A DNA stretch of 64,000 bases. Origin: Amoebidium appalachense. Taxonomy: Eukaryota; Protista; Ichthyosporea. Shown here in pieces: positions 1 through 11,366 of this stretch (positions are counted from its first letter, which is position 1; each line of letters opens with the position of its first letter). The notes under the pieces are model-generated. The model did not search any database. It worked only from the letters and a program-made list of their open reading frames with translations, and was not told where the DNA came from. The stretch covers positions 1,575,817 to 1,639,816 of the forward strand of contig CAVNZM010000013.1 of NCBI GenBank assembly GCA_963693365.1, in the 5' to 3' direction. The translations under genes were made by a program, and so were the position numbers.

Positions 1-22
1 CGGGACACTCGGTATCAGCTGG

Positions 23-79
<57 letters not shown>

Positions 80-100
80 GTGTGTGTGTGTGCGCGTGCG

Positions 101-3100
101 CTATAATTTTGTAGTGATGTGTTTCTCAAGCCAATCAATACATCTAATAAACAGGTCGTAGTTACGCGTGTTTAGTATAAAATCAAGGATGTTGTAATTT
201 ACAGGTAGGCTATCTTTCTGGGTGTCTGTTGTGAATGTGACGTGTGTGTGTTGCGGTATTATGTGGTCTATCAAACTACATTTGGCGATACATGACCGGT
301 TAAACTGGTGTGTGTGTGTGTTGTTTGGGCATGCAAATGATGCCACCTTATACTTATTAGATCTCCACTGTATAGCACGTGTACAGTAAAAGCGTGGTAA
401 TTGATCAATAATACCATCAGCTAGAGAAAGACCAGTTCTACAGGAAGGTAATATGTATTTAGGTGTTATACACTTGCGAGTGCCATATTTGGCAATATGG
501 TTGAGGCGGTCAGTATATATAAAACGAGACATAAGGCTTAGTTTTTCAAGGTGTATGCTTTCATCGGGTCTAGTGTCGTTTGGTATCTTTTTCCATTTGT
601 TATATTGCGTGATTATCTTGTGATTGTGTACATGTTTAATAAGTAAGTGGCAGTCCAAAGTCACACACACACTATTGCGGGGTTTATTTGTATTTGTGCC
701 CAGGGGAGAAGGGGGAGAGAGAGGGGAGGAAAGAGGGGAGAGGTGAGGAGGGGACAGGTCGGATAGAGAAGAGAGGGTGGGAGGGCAAATACTTCTTTAA
801 GCGGCTTATGTGCTTATTGAATTTCAGCGCGAGATAGGATACTCTAGCAGCTATTGGGACCAGACCATATATCGAGAGCGTTACAGGCCCAGGTTTACAA
901 CAGTTGTTAGATAGAAAGGAGGCAACTTCTGCTTCAAGGAAATTTGCCAAGGGTTTAAGCGCTCTAGTTCTCTCTTTCTTGATCCAAGCGGCGAGAAGGG
1001 GTAAACCATATTCACATGCCGGGAAGACAAAAGTGCGAATAAATGTAAGTCTAATAGAAGGATGGAGGGGTGTGTCTTTAAAAATATTAGCCGAGAAGAA
1101 AGCTAACCGCTTACGAGCCAACTCTACCCTCTTTTCGACCATATGGGGAAACATAACACCAACAGAATCAACCGGAACACCAAGATATTTGTATTCTGGA
1201 ACTATAGGTACAGGTTTAGATGATAATGTAAATGTGTGTAAATTGTTAGCTATATCAGGTACAAGAACACCACATTTGTCTATGTTAAGGATCATAAGGT
1301 TTGCCTTGCACCACTCTGACACTACATCGAACAATCTTTGCAGGCGTCTAGGGGTACGGGCAAGGAGGGACAGATCATCAGCATAGAGAAGTGCAGGCGG
1401 AAAGTTATTAATAGGGTCATCGTTTTCGGCGTAAATCTTGACAGCCAAATCATCTATAAATAGGTTAAACAAAAAGGGGCTAAGCAATGAGCCCTGCAAG
1501 AGACCTCTAGTACGAGCAAAACCATATGAAAGATGCCCATTAACCACAGCTCTACCATAGGTTTGAGACAAGAGTGCTTCTAACAGAACACCAATGCAGT
1601 GTGGTACACCCCGTGCAGCAAGCTTTTCCCATAGGAGACCAGGGGAGACAGAATCGTAAGCAGTTTTCCAATCAATAAAGCCAACATATTGTGCACCAAC
1701 TTGCATAGAATCGTGCAGTGCCATTATTTGAACATAACATGAATTGTTTTTACGAAAAGCGGATTGGCATGGGTGTATGTGAAGAATAGATTGAAACCTA
1801 GGGTGATGTGCAAATAACCTAAGTAAGCAAGCTTCAAAGAATCTACGAACAACCTGGGTTAGTGTAATGGGGCGAAAGGATGATATGGGGCCCTCAGAGT
1901 CCTTCTTAACTATGGGGATCACTAAGGTATCTAACCAAGATGACGGGACATGTCCACATTTAACACACCAAGAAAAGAGAGAGCTTAACATGATAGTAAG
2001 ATCAGGTTTAATAGCACGATCACTTTCCTTTTGTGGGTAGGAGGGAACAAGGATTTTAAGAAACCCAGCAGGGAGTCCATCAGGTCCACAAGACTTACTA
2101 GAGCTATAACTAGATATCACAGACCATATGGCATCGGGACTGAAAAAGGGGAGGATCGATTCTATGGGGATAGATGGGTCTACAGGCCACACAATAGGTT
2201 TCTGAGCGGGGGTCCTATCTTTAAACAGTTCCGAGAAATACTTATCAGAGTCTATGAGGGGGTCTCCAGTGGTATCACCAATAATACGAGCAGGGGGGCC
2301 AAATCGATTCATACTAGCAAGCCGGCGCAAGCTTTCCTTTTGAGACAGGGGTTCACCTAGTCTAGCGGGAGTGGTGTTTGGTAACAAGAGAGCATCGGGA
2401 TATTCCTTCCTACCACCGCCAGCATAATCACCGAGATCTATCAAATCATCAACAATAAAGTTAGTGCATGTATCTAGTACGAGATGTGAATCTGGCCTGG
2501 CTTGTGCAGATTCTAATAGGCGCATATATATAGGGTGTTTCGTAGCATAGCATACACATACATCAACTCTACCCCACTGTGACTTAAGCTGGGATAGACG
2601 GAGGCGAAAGGTGGGAGGGGGAGGGGGGGAGCAGATCAAGGGAGATCTTAGGTAGGAAAAGGATAGGAGAGTGGTCAGATGACCTAGAGAGGTTAGGAGG
2701 GAGAGAGAGTTTTGACATGGTTGATGGCCAAAAGGCCACTCCCCAGTCGGTGTTGTGGGCATGGGATATTTGAGGGAACCGCAAAGTGTGACTTTGGACA
2801 TACCTTGCTAAAGGGATAGCACGCTCCGGGGGCTTAGATGGGTACCCGACACTCACTTGCAGTGTGTCTGTGTGGTGGAGTCGCGTGTTAAAATCACCTA
2901 AAATAACAGTGGACATTGGTAACTGTGACAACTCGTGAGTCAATTCGACAACCGACATAGATGGTGGGTAATATACAAAAGTAAAAACATTAGAAAGAAA
3001 CTCTATAGAAACCGAGAATTCCGTTTTTGCTACCGGTTTGCACTTCACTCTCACGTGTGGTGCGGCAAGTACAATAATGCCTCGGTTTTTCGCGTAACCG

Positions 3101-3297
3101 GGGTGTGTGGATGTGTCGACCAATGTAGAGTTGAATTTGTGGTGGTTTTTAAACTGTGTTTCGCAAATCACTGTAAACGTGTGGTTGTTTGTCTGTTGTT
3201 GTATGTAGCTGATTTTATCGTCGAGTGTCCCGGGGGGGAGGCCCTTTTGGGGGCCCAGTGTCCGAGCATTCCAGAAGAAGAAGGATAAATTAGGCAT
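101..3297 (-). pseudogene. LINE ORF2 (APE endonuclease + reverse transcriptase + C-terminal Cys/His region), two frameshifts
   Basis: APE motifs WNA, ICET, YYPP, GDFN, SDH. RT motifs GPDG, FRPITL, FIDWKTAYDSV, GLLQGSLLSP, YADD, YKYLG. Frameshifts lie in purine tracts at about 2611-2629 and about 711-715. The second is one extra G relative to the copy at 57390, where the frame is open. Confidence 0.92.
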
Positions 3298-4387
3298 CGG
3301 TTTGGTCCGACACCTGTGGGGTTGGTTCCCACTTGTCGCTTACGGGGTCGTATGCACGACCTTCCGCCAGCGCGAACAGTTCGCAGAAGAGCTCGATTTC
3401 CATCTCGCATCGGCGTTTGCGCTCGAGCAGTTTCTCACCAGAAAACATTGGTTCCTTCGTGTCCGTGTCTATCACGCTCGTAGCATCGTTTTCCAACTTT
3501 GCGAGGAACTCTTTTGCCTTGCTGATGCGTACACGACAACGTGTGGCGCACGCATTCTTAGCAGACACTTTACGTTCTTTGTCTGCTTTCTGAATGTTTT
3601 CCGGCGCGCATGGGTCGTAGCTTGGGAGGTGGGTGAAGAAGCTTCCACACCCCTTTGTCGCGTCACGGATGAACGCACGGTTATAGTCGCCCCGTACTGC
3701 TACTTCCAGCACATCGTATCCAATGAAGGACAGACAAAGGATGCGAGAGCACCGGAAGCCGAGAGCCTTGAAGATGGACCACATGGCCCTGTGTGGGCGT
3801 CTGCCGTGCTTGACTTTGAAATACACCCTCTCGTATTTGGGTGGGATGTTGATGTTACCGTTTGCTTGGGTGTTCCCCTTAGCCGGCGGTTTGGGAGGGG
3901 AGTTGCGGCGGTACTCGTTGCCTGCAAGAATGCTGGCATATGTTTCCTTGGCAATTTGGCGGAGCTCGGGTGTTTTACGAGAGTTCGCATATTCTAGGAA
4001 CTCTGCCGGGAGCTGTGCTTCCGGTCCTGTGTTGTTTTGTGTTGGGGTGGAAATGTCTCCGTCGCGAGATGTTTGCTCATGAGTTTTGGGGTTTTGCGAT
4101 CCACTAATGTTTAGCTGGGCTGTGAGTGAATCAATGGTGAGCTTGAGTTGGGTATTTTCTGTTTGGAGTTTTTCTATCATGTTCTTGAGTGGTAACAGCT
4201 CATTTAGCTGTTTCTTAACGAGGGCAAGTTCTGCCAGTACTGTATCAACCGAAAGTTTCGGCATGGTTGTTATTGTGTTTCTACGGAGTGGTGTGGTGTT
4301 ATTCTGAATGGGTAGTGTATTGTAAATAGGTGTTGCGCTTAGTCTAAGGCGATGTTTTTCTGGTTGTGCATCTGTGGTAGGTGACAT
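3290..4387 (-). CDS. LINE ORF1 protein (coiled coil plus basic nucleic-acid-binding region)
   Basis: Open frame 3290-4420 with first ATG at 4387 (alternative at about 4265). It has a heptad-rich segment (LALVKKQLNELLPLKNMIEKLQTENTQLKLTIDSL) and a VY...R...RILCLSF...LEV...YDP segment. Its stop overlaps the ORF2 ATG. Confidence 0.85.
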   Translation of the reverse strand: MSPTTDAQPEKHRLRLSATPIYNTLPIQNNTTPLRRNTITTMPKLSVDTVLAELALVKKQLNELLPLKNMIEKLQTENTQLKLTIDSLTAQLNISGSQNPKTHEQTSRDGDISTPTQNNTGPEAQLPAEFLEYANSRKTPELRQIAKETYASILAGNEYRRNSPPKPPAKGNTQANGNINIPPKYERVYFKVKHGRRPHRAMWSIFKALGFRCSRILCLSFIGYDVLEVAVRGDYNRAFIRDATKGCGSFFTHLPSYDPCAPENIQKADKERKVSAKNACATRCRVRISKAKEFLAKLENDATSVIDTDTKEPMFSGEKLLERKRRCEMEIELFCELFALAEGRAYDPVSDKWEPTPQVSDQTDA

Positions 4388-4626
4388 ATATACTAAGCCC
4401 CGTGAACTGAAACATAACACAAACTGAAAAGATCTTACCTGAGGCTAATGTAGACACTACCTACTACATTCTGTTTATCATTGAATACTATTTCGAAGGG
4501 TGTGTGTGTGTGTGTGGTGCGTATTTGTCGAACTTGTGTGTGTGCGTGTGTGTGCGTGTGATGTGGATTTGGTTTCGTGTGTCCGTCAGTAGTGTGTTTG
4601 TTTGCGTGTCAGTGCTGTGTGGAGCC

Positions 4627-4661
<35 letters not shown>

Positions 4662-5343
4662 ATATCGCCATATGGCGTGTGAGTGAGTGAGTGAGTGAGT
4701 GAGTGAGTGTGAGTGTGAGTGTGTGTGTGTCTGTGCGTGCGCACGCGTGTGTATGTGTGTGTTTGTGTGTGTGTGTGACTGTGTGTGTGTTCTTAGCGTG
4801 TGCCTTGTGAGTGTTTGTGTGAGCAGGTGCGTTCATGTGCCTGTGTGTGCACTCATACGTGTGTCTGTGCGCGTGCGCGCATACGGTGTGTGTCTGTGCG
4901 TGTGCGCGTGTACCTGCATGCATGTGTGTGTGTGTGTGTGTGTTGGGGGGGGGGGGGGGGGGGGAGGAGCTCGAGGGGGGAGGGGTTGATCATGATTTTA
5001 TTAACTGCATATTTATCCAGTGCGGTACCCACACAGGGACAAAATGGTTTAGACTGTCATCCTGTTGTACATCTATAATAAAAACCGTCGTACATACAAT
5101 GTACGAGCTGAGCTTTGTTCCAGCCAATCATTTTTCAGATTTAAAAGGCGTAAATTTAGATATGAATATCAGCGGCCTGAAAAAAAAAAAAGCAAAAAAA
5201 TATTGCACTATTGGCCAGAGCATAAACAAGATTAGGCGGGATCAGACTATGCTCTTTTTCTCAGCGTTACTAATCAATGTGGGTTACCGCATTTACATAC
5301 TAGTAAATGATAAAAGAAAAAAAAAGGAAAAATGAAAGTAACT

Positions 5344-6856
5344 CTACTTGTCATACGTGGCCGCGATCAGGTCGGCAAAGCGCCCGTAGATCTGTGCGCG
5401 CTGCAGCTTGAGCGAGGCCGTGACCAGGCCCGACTTGGGGGTCCACATGTCGGCCATGAGCACAATCTTCTGCGATATCTCGAACCACGCCAGCCGCGCC
5501 TGCCTGCCCGTGCCCTCGATGCCCCCTAGCAAGTGCTTGACCACCGCCGCGTCTCCGCACACCTCCTCGCACGGCCTGTCCGTGTTGATCCCCGCCGCCG
5601 CCAGCTGCGCCAGAAGGGCAGGTTTCTGCGGCACCACGAGGGCAATGGCAAACGAGTGGGACGGGTCCGCGTGCCCACGCAGATCTGCTCGACCCCGGGG
5701 GCAGCGGCCAGGGCGGCCTCGACCTTGCCCAGGGACACGTACTAGCAGGGCCTGCTGCAGCTTCACAAGGTCCTTCTTGCGGTCGATGATCTGCGGCGTG
5801 CCGTCACCGTGCACCATGCCAATGTCCCCCGTACGCGTGTGGAACCATGTCACCCCGTGCACGTCGGTCTTGAAGTCCTCGGCGGTCTTTTCCGGCAGCT
5901 TGTAGTAGCCCTGGGCCAGGCACGGCCCGGCAATGCAGATCTCGCCGCGTGCAGCCCCGATGTCCTTGTTGTTCTTGTCGGCCACGCGGTAGCCGCCCTC
6001 CTCCCAGTCGATGAGCTTGTATTGCACGCACGTCTCAGGGATGCCCACGCGGCCGTAGACTCCCCGGGAAAAGACATCGCCGACGGCGGCCATGGCGCAG
6101 GTCTCTGTCAGGCTGTAGCTGACCTGGATGACGGGGATGCCAAAGCACACGGTCATGAACCGCTGTGCGCCGGTGGACAGTGGGGCACCGCCTGACACCA
6201 GTCCCGAAGCTTCATGCGGCCACCCAGCGCCGCCTTGATCTTGTTGAAGACGAGGCGGTCCCAGAACCCAATCGTGACGCCGTTGAGGAGGCCCCCGTTG
6301 GCCTCAAAGGCCTTCCCCTCGGCGGCAAAACCCTTCCAGAACAACTTCTGCACGGTCGGGGAGGCGGCGTTGATCTTGCCGAGCACCCCCTGACCGATGC
6401 GGTCGATGATGGTGGGCACACAGGCCATGTAGGTGGGCCGCAGCGTGGCAATGTCGCCCTTGGACCCCTGCTTGAGCCGTGGGGACGTGGGTGGTCTTGG
6501 TCTCGTTCATGCCGTGCACCTGTGCCTCCTCACCCAGTGTGGCGTAGATGGTCACGACGGGGGAAGACATCTGGAAGGCGGCGTGGGCGGCAATCTGCCA
6601 CTCTGCACACGTGTTCATGAGATGGTGAGCGTGGCTCCGGACGTGAGCCCGACGCGGCGAAGACCGCTGCCAAAGTTCTGCACATGTGCATTCACCTGGG
6701 AGTAGGTCTGCAACTGATACTCGCCCAAAGCAAGCTTCTCGAGCTGCCTGCCGGTCTTTGTGTCGGTGACCATGTCGCCTTGGCTTTGCCGTTGCGTACA
6801 ATGTAGTCGTTGCTCTCGTTGCTGACAAAAGCGGCGGTGGCGCACTGTCCCTTCAT
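5344..6856 (-). pseudogene. Long-chain fatty-acyl-CoA synthetase (ACSL3/4- or FAA-like) pseudogene, copy 1
   Basis: High identity to 22638-24664. It has two large internal deletions (about 90 nt and about 450 nt, the latter removing YTSGSTG) and several frameshifting insertions. Motifs SGGAP, SLTET, GDIG and IIDRKKDLVKLQ remain. Confidence 0.93.
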
Positions 6857-7504
6857 GTTGTGTGTTGGGGGAAAAAAAGCGAAACAAGTTAAATGCAACT
6901 GTGTGATTTTTTTTTTTTCCCCGTAATCGGATAGACCAACTTAGATTTATTAATTGAGAATCTCAATGTGTTTGCTTCGCTCTAAGGAGAATCAGCCAGC
7001 CGAACTGGCGAAATGAAGGGCTGAGTGATCGGCGGTCATATACCAAATCCTGCTTATAATGCTTAAAATCAATAATTTGAATAGAAAAGGGGTTTTGCTC
7101 CATTAATAAATAATTTGATAAACAAAGCGACAAGCAATTTTTGTATAAGCAACATGGGGTGTCTGGCGCCTATTTCTTAGCGAAAACAGGCAAAAACCAT
7201 AATTTCATCATAGACGATCGACCTCGAGGCAAGGTGATAAGAGGCTATGCAAGACGGGTTTTGATAATTTTAGCGATGTAGGCGTTGTCGGAGCACCCCG
7301 ACTGCTTACATGATTTTTGCGCGTCTTTTTATTTCCTAAAGTAAAATCGGGGCCTAACTGCTTTTGAGAGGCTGCCAGGGTCTGAGATTTTGGCCTGTCA
7401 CCGCCTGAGCGGCCCTTAACTTGGCCCTTACTTTTGGCGCAACCAATCACAAGATTCGAATTGTTCCGGTGAGCCATATAAGGTTAGGCAGAATTTGAAA
7501 AAAA

Positions 7505-7780
7505 TGTACGTTTCATATGCGCAGCAGATGAAAGATGTTTCACGGATCACTTCGGGCGCAGGCAGCCGGGCGGCCCATGACGTCACGGGCCGCGGCGCCA
7601 GGCGCAGCCGCAGCGGCGGCTGACATCGGTCTGGCGCAGCGCCTGACGTCAGGCGCCACCAGCGCCGGTATTTCCGGCGCAGCACACTGCAGATGCAGGC
7701 CACCTTCGTTTTCGCCGTGTGCTGCACGTACGGTTTTTGTTAGCACGATTGCGTTTTCGGTGGCTAGCACACGGCGGCTC
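7505..7780 (+). repeat. Split direct repeat A1
   Basis: By eye identical to 12640-12921 apart from a 6-nt insertion in A2. Confidence 0.95.
7639..7656. promoter_or_regulatory. 18-bp perfect palindrome containing a CRE-like TGACGTCA in repeat A (second TGACGTCA at 7578-7585)
   Basis: GCGCCTGACGTCAGGCGC lies upstream of the gag ATG and is repeated in A2. Promoter function is inference. Confidence 0.4.
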
Positions 7781-7784
7781 AAGT

Positions 7785-8949
7785 ATGGAAGTAGACCCAA
7801 CAGACAATGGCCCTGCAGCACAGGCAGGGCAGGAGGCGCGCCCTCCTGTGCAGGACGGGCAGCAGCAGCAGCAGCAGCAGCCTATTGCCCTGACCCCTGA
7901 GCTGGCAGCGACCATTCGCATGTTTGCTTCTGAGGTGGCCAACGCGACCCGTCAGGCCCTGCAGGCCAGCCCGGCCCCCCCTTCCCAGCAAGATCTTCTC
8001 CTGCGCGCCTTCCCCCACCTCGTCAACCTTGGCGGGGGCGGAACCGGTAGGAACCCCCCTGTCACGGGGCCCCCTGCCGCTGCGGCGGGGGCCGTGGATG
8101 CTGTAGAGCAACCCCCCGGCAACGCCAACAAGCGCCCCCGTGAGGAGGACCCTCAGGGCGGCGACATGATGCACCAGCTGCCTCCGCCGCCCAATGCCCT
8201 GCAACTGGCCGTTTGGGGGGCCAGCCAGCGCAGCCAGTCGAACCCACCCTGCCCCCACCTGTCCCCGGAGGTCCGGGGGGCTGCCATCTTCGAGCCTATG
8301 CAGCATTTCGCTTTACTCGACCTGCTGCCGCCCACGGGCTCTTCTGTCCACACGCAGCGCCAGCCGGTTTCCCTGCCTGGCCTGCCTGCTGGCACGGTTG
8401 TGCTGCAGACGCCTGGCACCCAGCGCCAGCCCGCCCTGTGCCCGGACCTGCAGACCTACCTGCGCTGCATCTTGCAGCTGCTACGCCTACGCATCAACGC
8501 CAACGCCCCCGTCACGGCCCTGCTGGCCCACGCCGAGTTTGTGGCCACTGAGTTGGCACCCGAGTACCAGTGGGCTGCCATCATGCGCTGGGAGGATGCA
8601 CACCGCCGGTCGTGCGCTGCCTCTGGCCGCCCACTCGACGCACCCGACGCTGTGCAGCTGGCCGTGTCCCTGTCTGGTGCCCGCCTGCACCAGGCACCCA
8701 CCGCTCCCCGCACACCCCGGCAGCCTGCCTCTGGGGGGGGCCACAGCCAGCCCTCGCGCCAGCCCGGCCCCTGCTGCGGATGAGATATGCCGGGGCTTCA
8801 ACACGGCCAAGGGCTGCACCAGGAAGGGACCCAACCCTTGCCGCTACAAGCACGCCTGCCTGAAGTGTGGCTCAGCGGCGCACGGCGCACACGCCTGCCC
8901 TCCCAACCCAGCCAACGGGGCGGGGGAAGGGGGGGCCAACCCGGCTTAG
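7785..8949 (+). CDS. Ngaro gag-like ORF1 with C-terminal Cys/His zinc finger; frameshift from one extra G in the G8 run at 8733-8740
   Basis: ATG at 7785. Removing one G joins ...PRQPASGG to ATASPRASPAPAADEICRGFNTAKGC...CRYKHACLKCGSAAHGAHAC, the zinc finger typical of Ngaro gag. Confidence 0.85.
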
Positions 8950-10667
8950 GGGGCCCAGCCCCCTTTCGGGCAGGGGCTGACGTCAGCGCTGGGCCTGCCC
9001 TCTCCGTTGCCCTGCGGGGCCCATGGTCACCCCCCCCAGCGGCACCACCACAGACCGTATCTGTCCCCAACTTCCGCCGATTGTTTGAGTTGTTTCCGCA
9101 CCCCGACAGCGCGTTTCAGCAGGCTCTGCTCCGCGACTTAGAGCTGGGCTTCTCGGTCGGTTACTTCGGCGAGCGGGTCACCCTGGTGGGCCGAAACCAC
9201 CCGTCCGCGCTGGCGGCCCGTGAGCAGCTTGCAGCCGACATTGCGAAGGAAGTGGCATGCGGCCACATCCTGGGCCCCTTCACCCGCGACGAGATGGTGG
9301 CCCTTTATCCTTATTTTGTATCCTCGCCCCTCGGGGCAGTTCCCAAAAAGGGCGGCACGGGCGTCCGCCGCATCCACGACCTTTCCTTCCCGCGTGGCTC
9401 CAGTATCAACGATGGGGTCGATTACCCGGATCAGCTGGAGTACATCACCATCCGCACGGTGATGCAAACAGTAGCTCGGCTCGGCCAGGGCTGCTTCCTC
9501 GGGGCATACGACGTGAAGGGTGCCTTTCGTCACGGCCCGGTGCACCCAGACGACCAGCCACTGCTGTCGTTCCAGCTGCTAGGCGCGTTCTATGTGGAGA
9601 CCCGCCTACCGTTTGGCTTGCGGTCCAGCCCAGCGTTCTGGGAACGCATAGCTCAGGCCCTGCAGCACTTCGCCCACGCCCTCAACGCCACAGAGACACA
9701 GCATTTTGTGGACGACTTCTTTTTCGGCGGCCGTACGCTGCAAGAGTGCGCCTTCAACATGCTGGTGTTTCGGTGGGTGTGCTCGAAGGTGGGTGTTACG
9801 CTTGCCGACGACAAAGTGCAGCTGCCCTCACACACGCTCATCTACTCTGGGCTCGAGTGGGACACTCTGCGCATGGAGGCCCGCTTACCTGCCGTCAAGC
9901 TGACCGAGCTCCGGGCCCTGCTAGCCGATTGGCGGGGTCGCACCAAGGCCACTGTTCGAGACCTACGGTCCCTGTGCGGCAAGCTCATGTGGTGTGCTCA
10001 GGTTGTGGCGCTGGGGCGTGCCCATGCCTTTCTTCAACGCTTGCTTCATCTGCTGGCGGAGGCTGAGAGGGCCGGCCTAGGGCCCCACCACCACATCCGT
10101 GTCTGCGCCGACGCACGAGCCGACGTTGTGCTGTGGTCGGAGTTCCTCCCCGAGTGGAACGGCATACGTGTGCTTACCCCCCCCGTGCATCACATGTTCA
10201 CCACAGATGCGGCCGGCAGCATAGGATGCGGTGGCTACTGGGGTCAAGCGTGGTTTCACCTAGCATGGACGGACCATTGGCGCACGGTCATTGCTGGCGG
10301 AGATGTGTGGGCTTCCGTGCTGTTTGAGCTGGCTGGCATTGCCGTGGCCCTGGCCTGTTGGGGTCCCAGCTGTCGCAACAGCCACATACGCGTGCTCACC
10401 GATAACGACGGTGCAGTATCTACGATCGCGTCCCGTCACTCCCCCGTCCCTGCCATTGCCCGGGTGCTGCGTCTCATCACGCTGATGGAAATGCGCTACA
10501 CGGTGCTGGTCTCGGCCAAGCACATCCCTGGCGTGGAAAACTCGATTGCGGATGCCATCTCGCGGGCACAGTGGGCCACTTTCGACCGGCTGCACCCGTG
10601 GCACGCACCAGTCCCAACACCCGTGCCTGAGTGGCTAGCGGGGTGGTTTGCTGCCCCTCTCTCGTGA
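8787..10667 (+). CDS. DIRS/Ngaro reverse transcriptase + RNase H
   Basis: Motifs SPLGAVPK, RRIHDLS, DVKGAF, RLPFGLRSSP, VDDFF, TDAAGSIGCG, ELAGI, TDN, HIPGVENSIADAISR. 626-aa open frame overlapping the gag 3' end. Confidence 0.95.
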   Translation: MPGLQHGQGLHQEGTQPLPLQARLPEVWLSGARRTRLPSQPSQRGGGRGGQPGLGGPAPFRAGADVSAGPALSVALRGPWSPPPAAPPQTVSVPNFRRLFELFPHPDSAFQQALLRDLELGFSVGYFGERVTLVGRNHPSALAAREQLAADIAKEVACGHILGPFTRDEMVALYPYFVSSPLGAVPKKGGTGVRRIHDLSFPRGSSINDGVDYPDQLEYITIRTVMQTVARLGQGCFLGAYDVKGAFRHGPVHPDDQPLLSFQLLGAFYVETRLPFGLRSSPAFWERIAQALQHFAHALNATETQHFVDDFFFGGRTLQECAFNMLVFRWVCSKVGVTLADDKVQLPSHTLIYSGLEWDTLRMEARLPAVKLTELRALLADWRGRTKATVRDLRSLCGKLMWCAQVVALGRAHAFLQRLLHLLAEAERAGLGPHHHIRVCADARADVVLWSEFLPEWNGIRVLTPPVHHMFTTDAAGSIGCGGYWGQAWFHLAWTDHWRTVIAGGDVWASVLFELAGIAVALACWGPSCRNSHIRVLTDNDGAVSTIASRHSPVPAIARVLRLITLMEMRYTVLVSAKHIPGVENSIADAISRAQWATFDRLHPWHAPVPTPVPEWLAGWFAAPLS

Positions 10668-10960
10668 TGGGGCTGGGCCGAGCCCCCCCCCCTGTTCCTT
10701 TGCCTTCGTATTGGGCTTGGCGTGTGGGCTGTGGGGGGCACCGACACCCCCCCTTCCCCCCTTCCCACTTTGTATATCGCACGATTCATGTTCTGCAGTG
10801 GCGGCCGGGGCCGCCCCCCCCCCCCACTACACGAATTCGCTCAGATTCCCTCACTCACCCGGTGGAGTGTTTGGGACAATACATTACGGTCTTACGATGT
10901 ACACACGGTGTGCCTCTTTGTTCTGTGCTGGCCCGCAGTGCCAACTGCTTGTGGCGTGTC

Positions 10961-10998
<38 letters not shown>

Positions 10999-11366
10999 TT
11001 CCCTCCCCCCAACCCCCCCAACCCCACCCTGCCACCCCTCCACCCGCCCCTTCGATCGTGCGTGCTTAACCTCGGTGTTACACACACATGCTCATACACA
11101 CCCACACACTAGCGCACACACACGCACGCCTACACCGCGGCTTGTGCGCGCATACCCCCCCCTCCCCTTCCCCCGCCCTCCCTGCCAGCGCTGCATGCAT
11201 CCTCTGCCCTTTAGCTACGCCCCCCCCCCCCCCTCCCCCCCCTTGTTTGCCTGCCTGTGCACTGTGGCACCCGCTTGCCTGCCGCCCACCCCGCTCGTTG
11301 CCTTTACCCCCCCCCCCCCCCCCCTGGGACTCTAGGCATGATGCTCACACAGCTCTGTCCCTGCAG

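Larger units (their letters stand above)
1..4500 (-). mobile_element. Non-LTR retrotransposon (LINE, ORF1 + APE-RT ORF2), near full length; 3' end runs off the left edge of the window
   Basis: ORF1 is followed by APE and RT motifs. Bases 1-100 match the 3' UTR of the second copy at 56686-56782. The 5' end abuts a (GT)n tract at about 4500. Confidence 0.95.

Noticed and set aside
700-2630. Programmed frameshifting in LINE ORF2
   Set aside because: The break at about 711 is a single extra G absent from copy 2. The break at about 2620 is also in a G-rich tract, so mutation or sequencing error is simpler.
4407-4438. 32-nt GTAAG...TTTCAG intron in the LINE 5' UTR
   Set aside because: Very short and unsupported by any comparison in the window.
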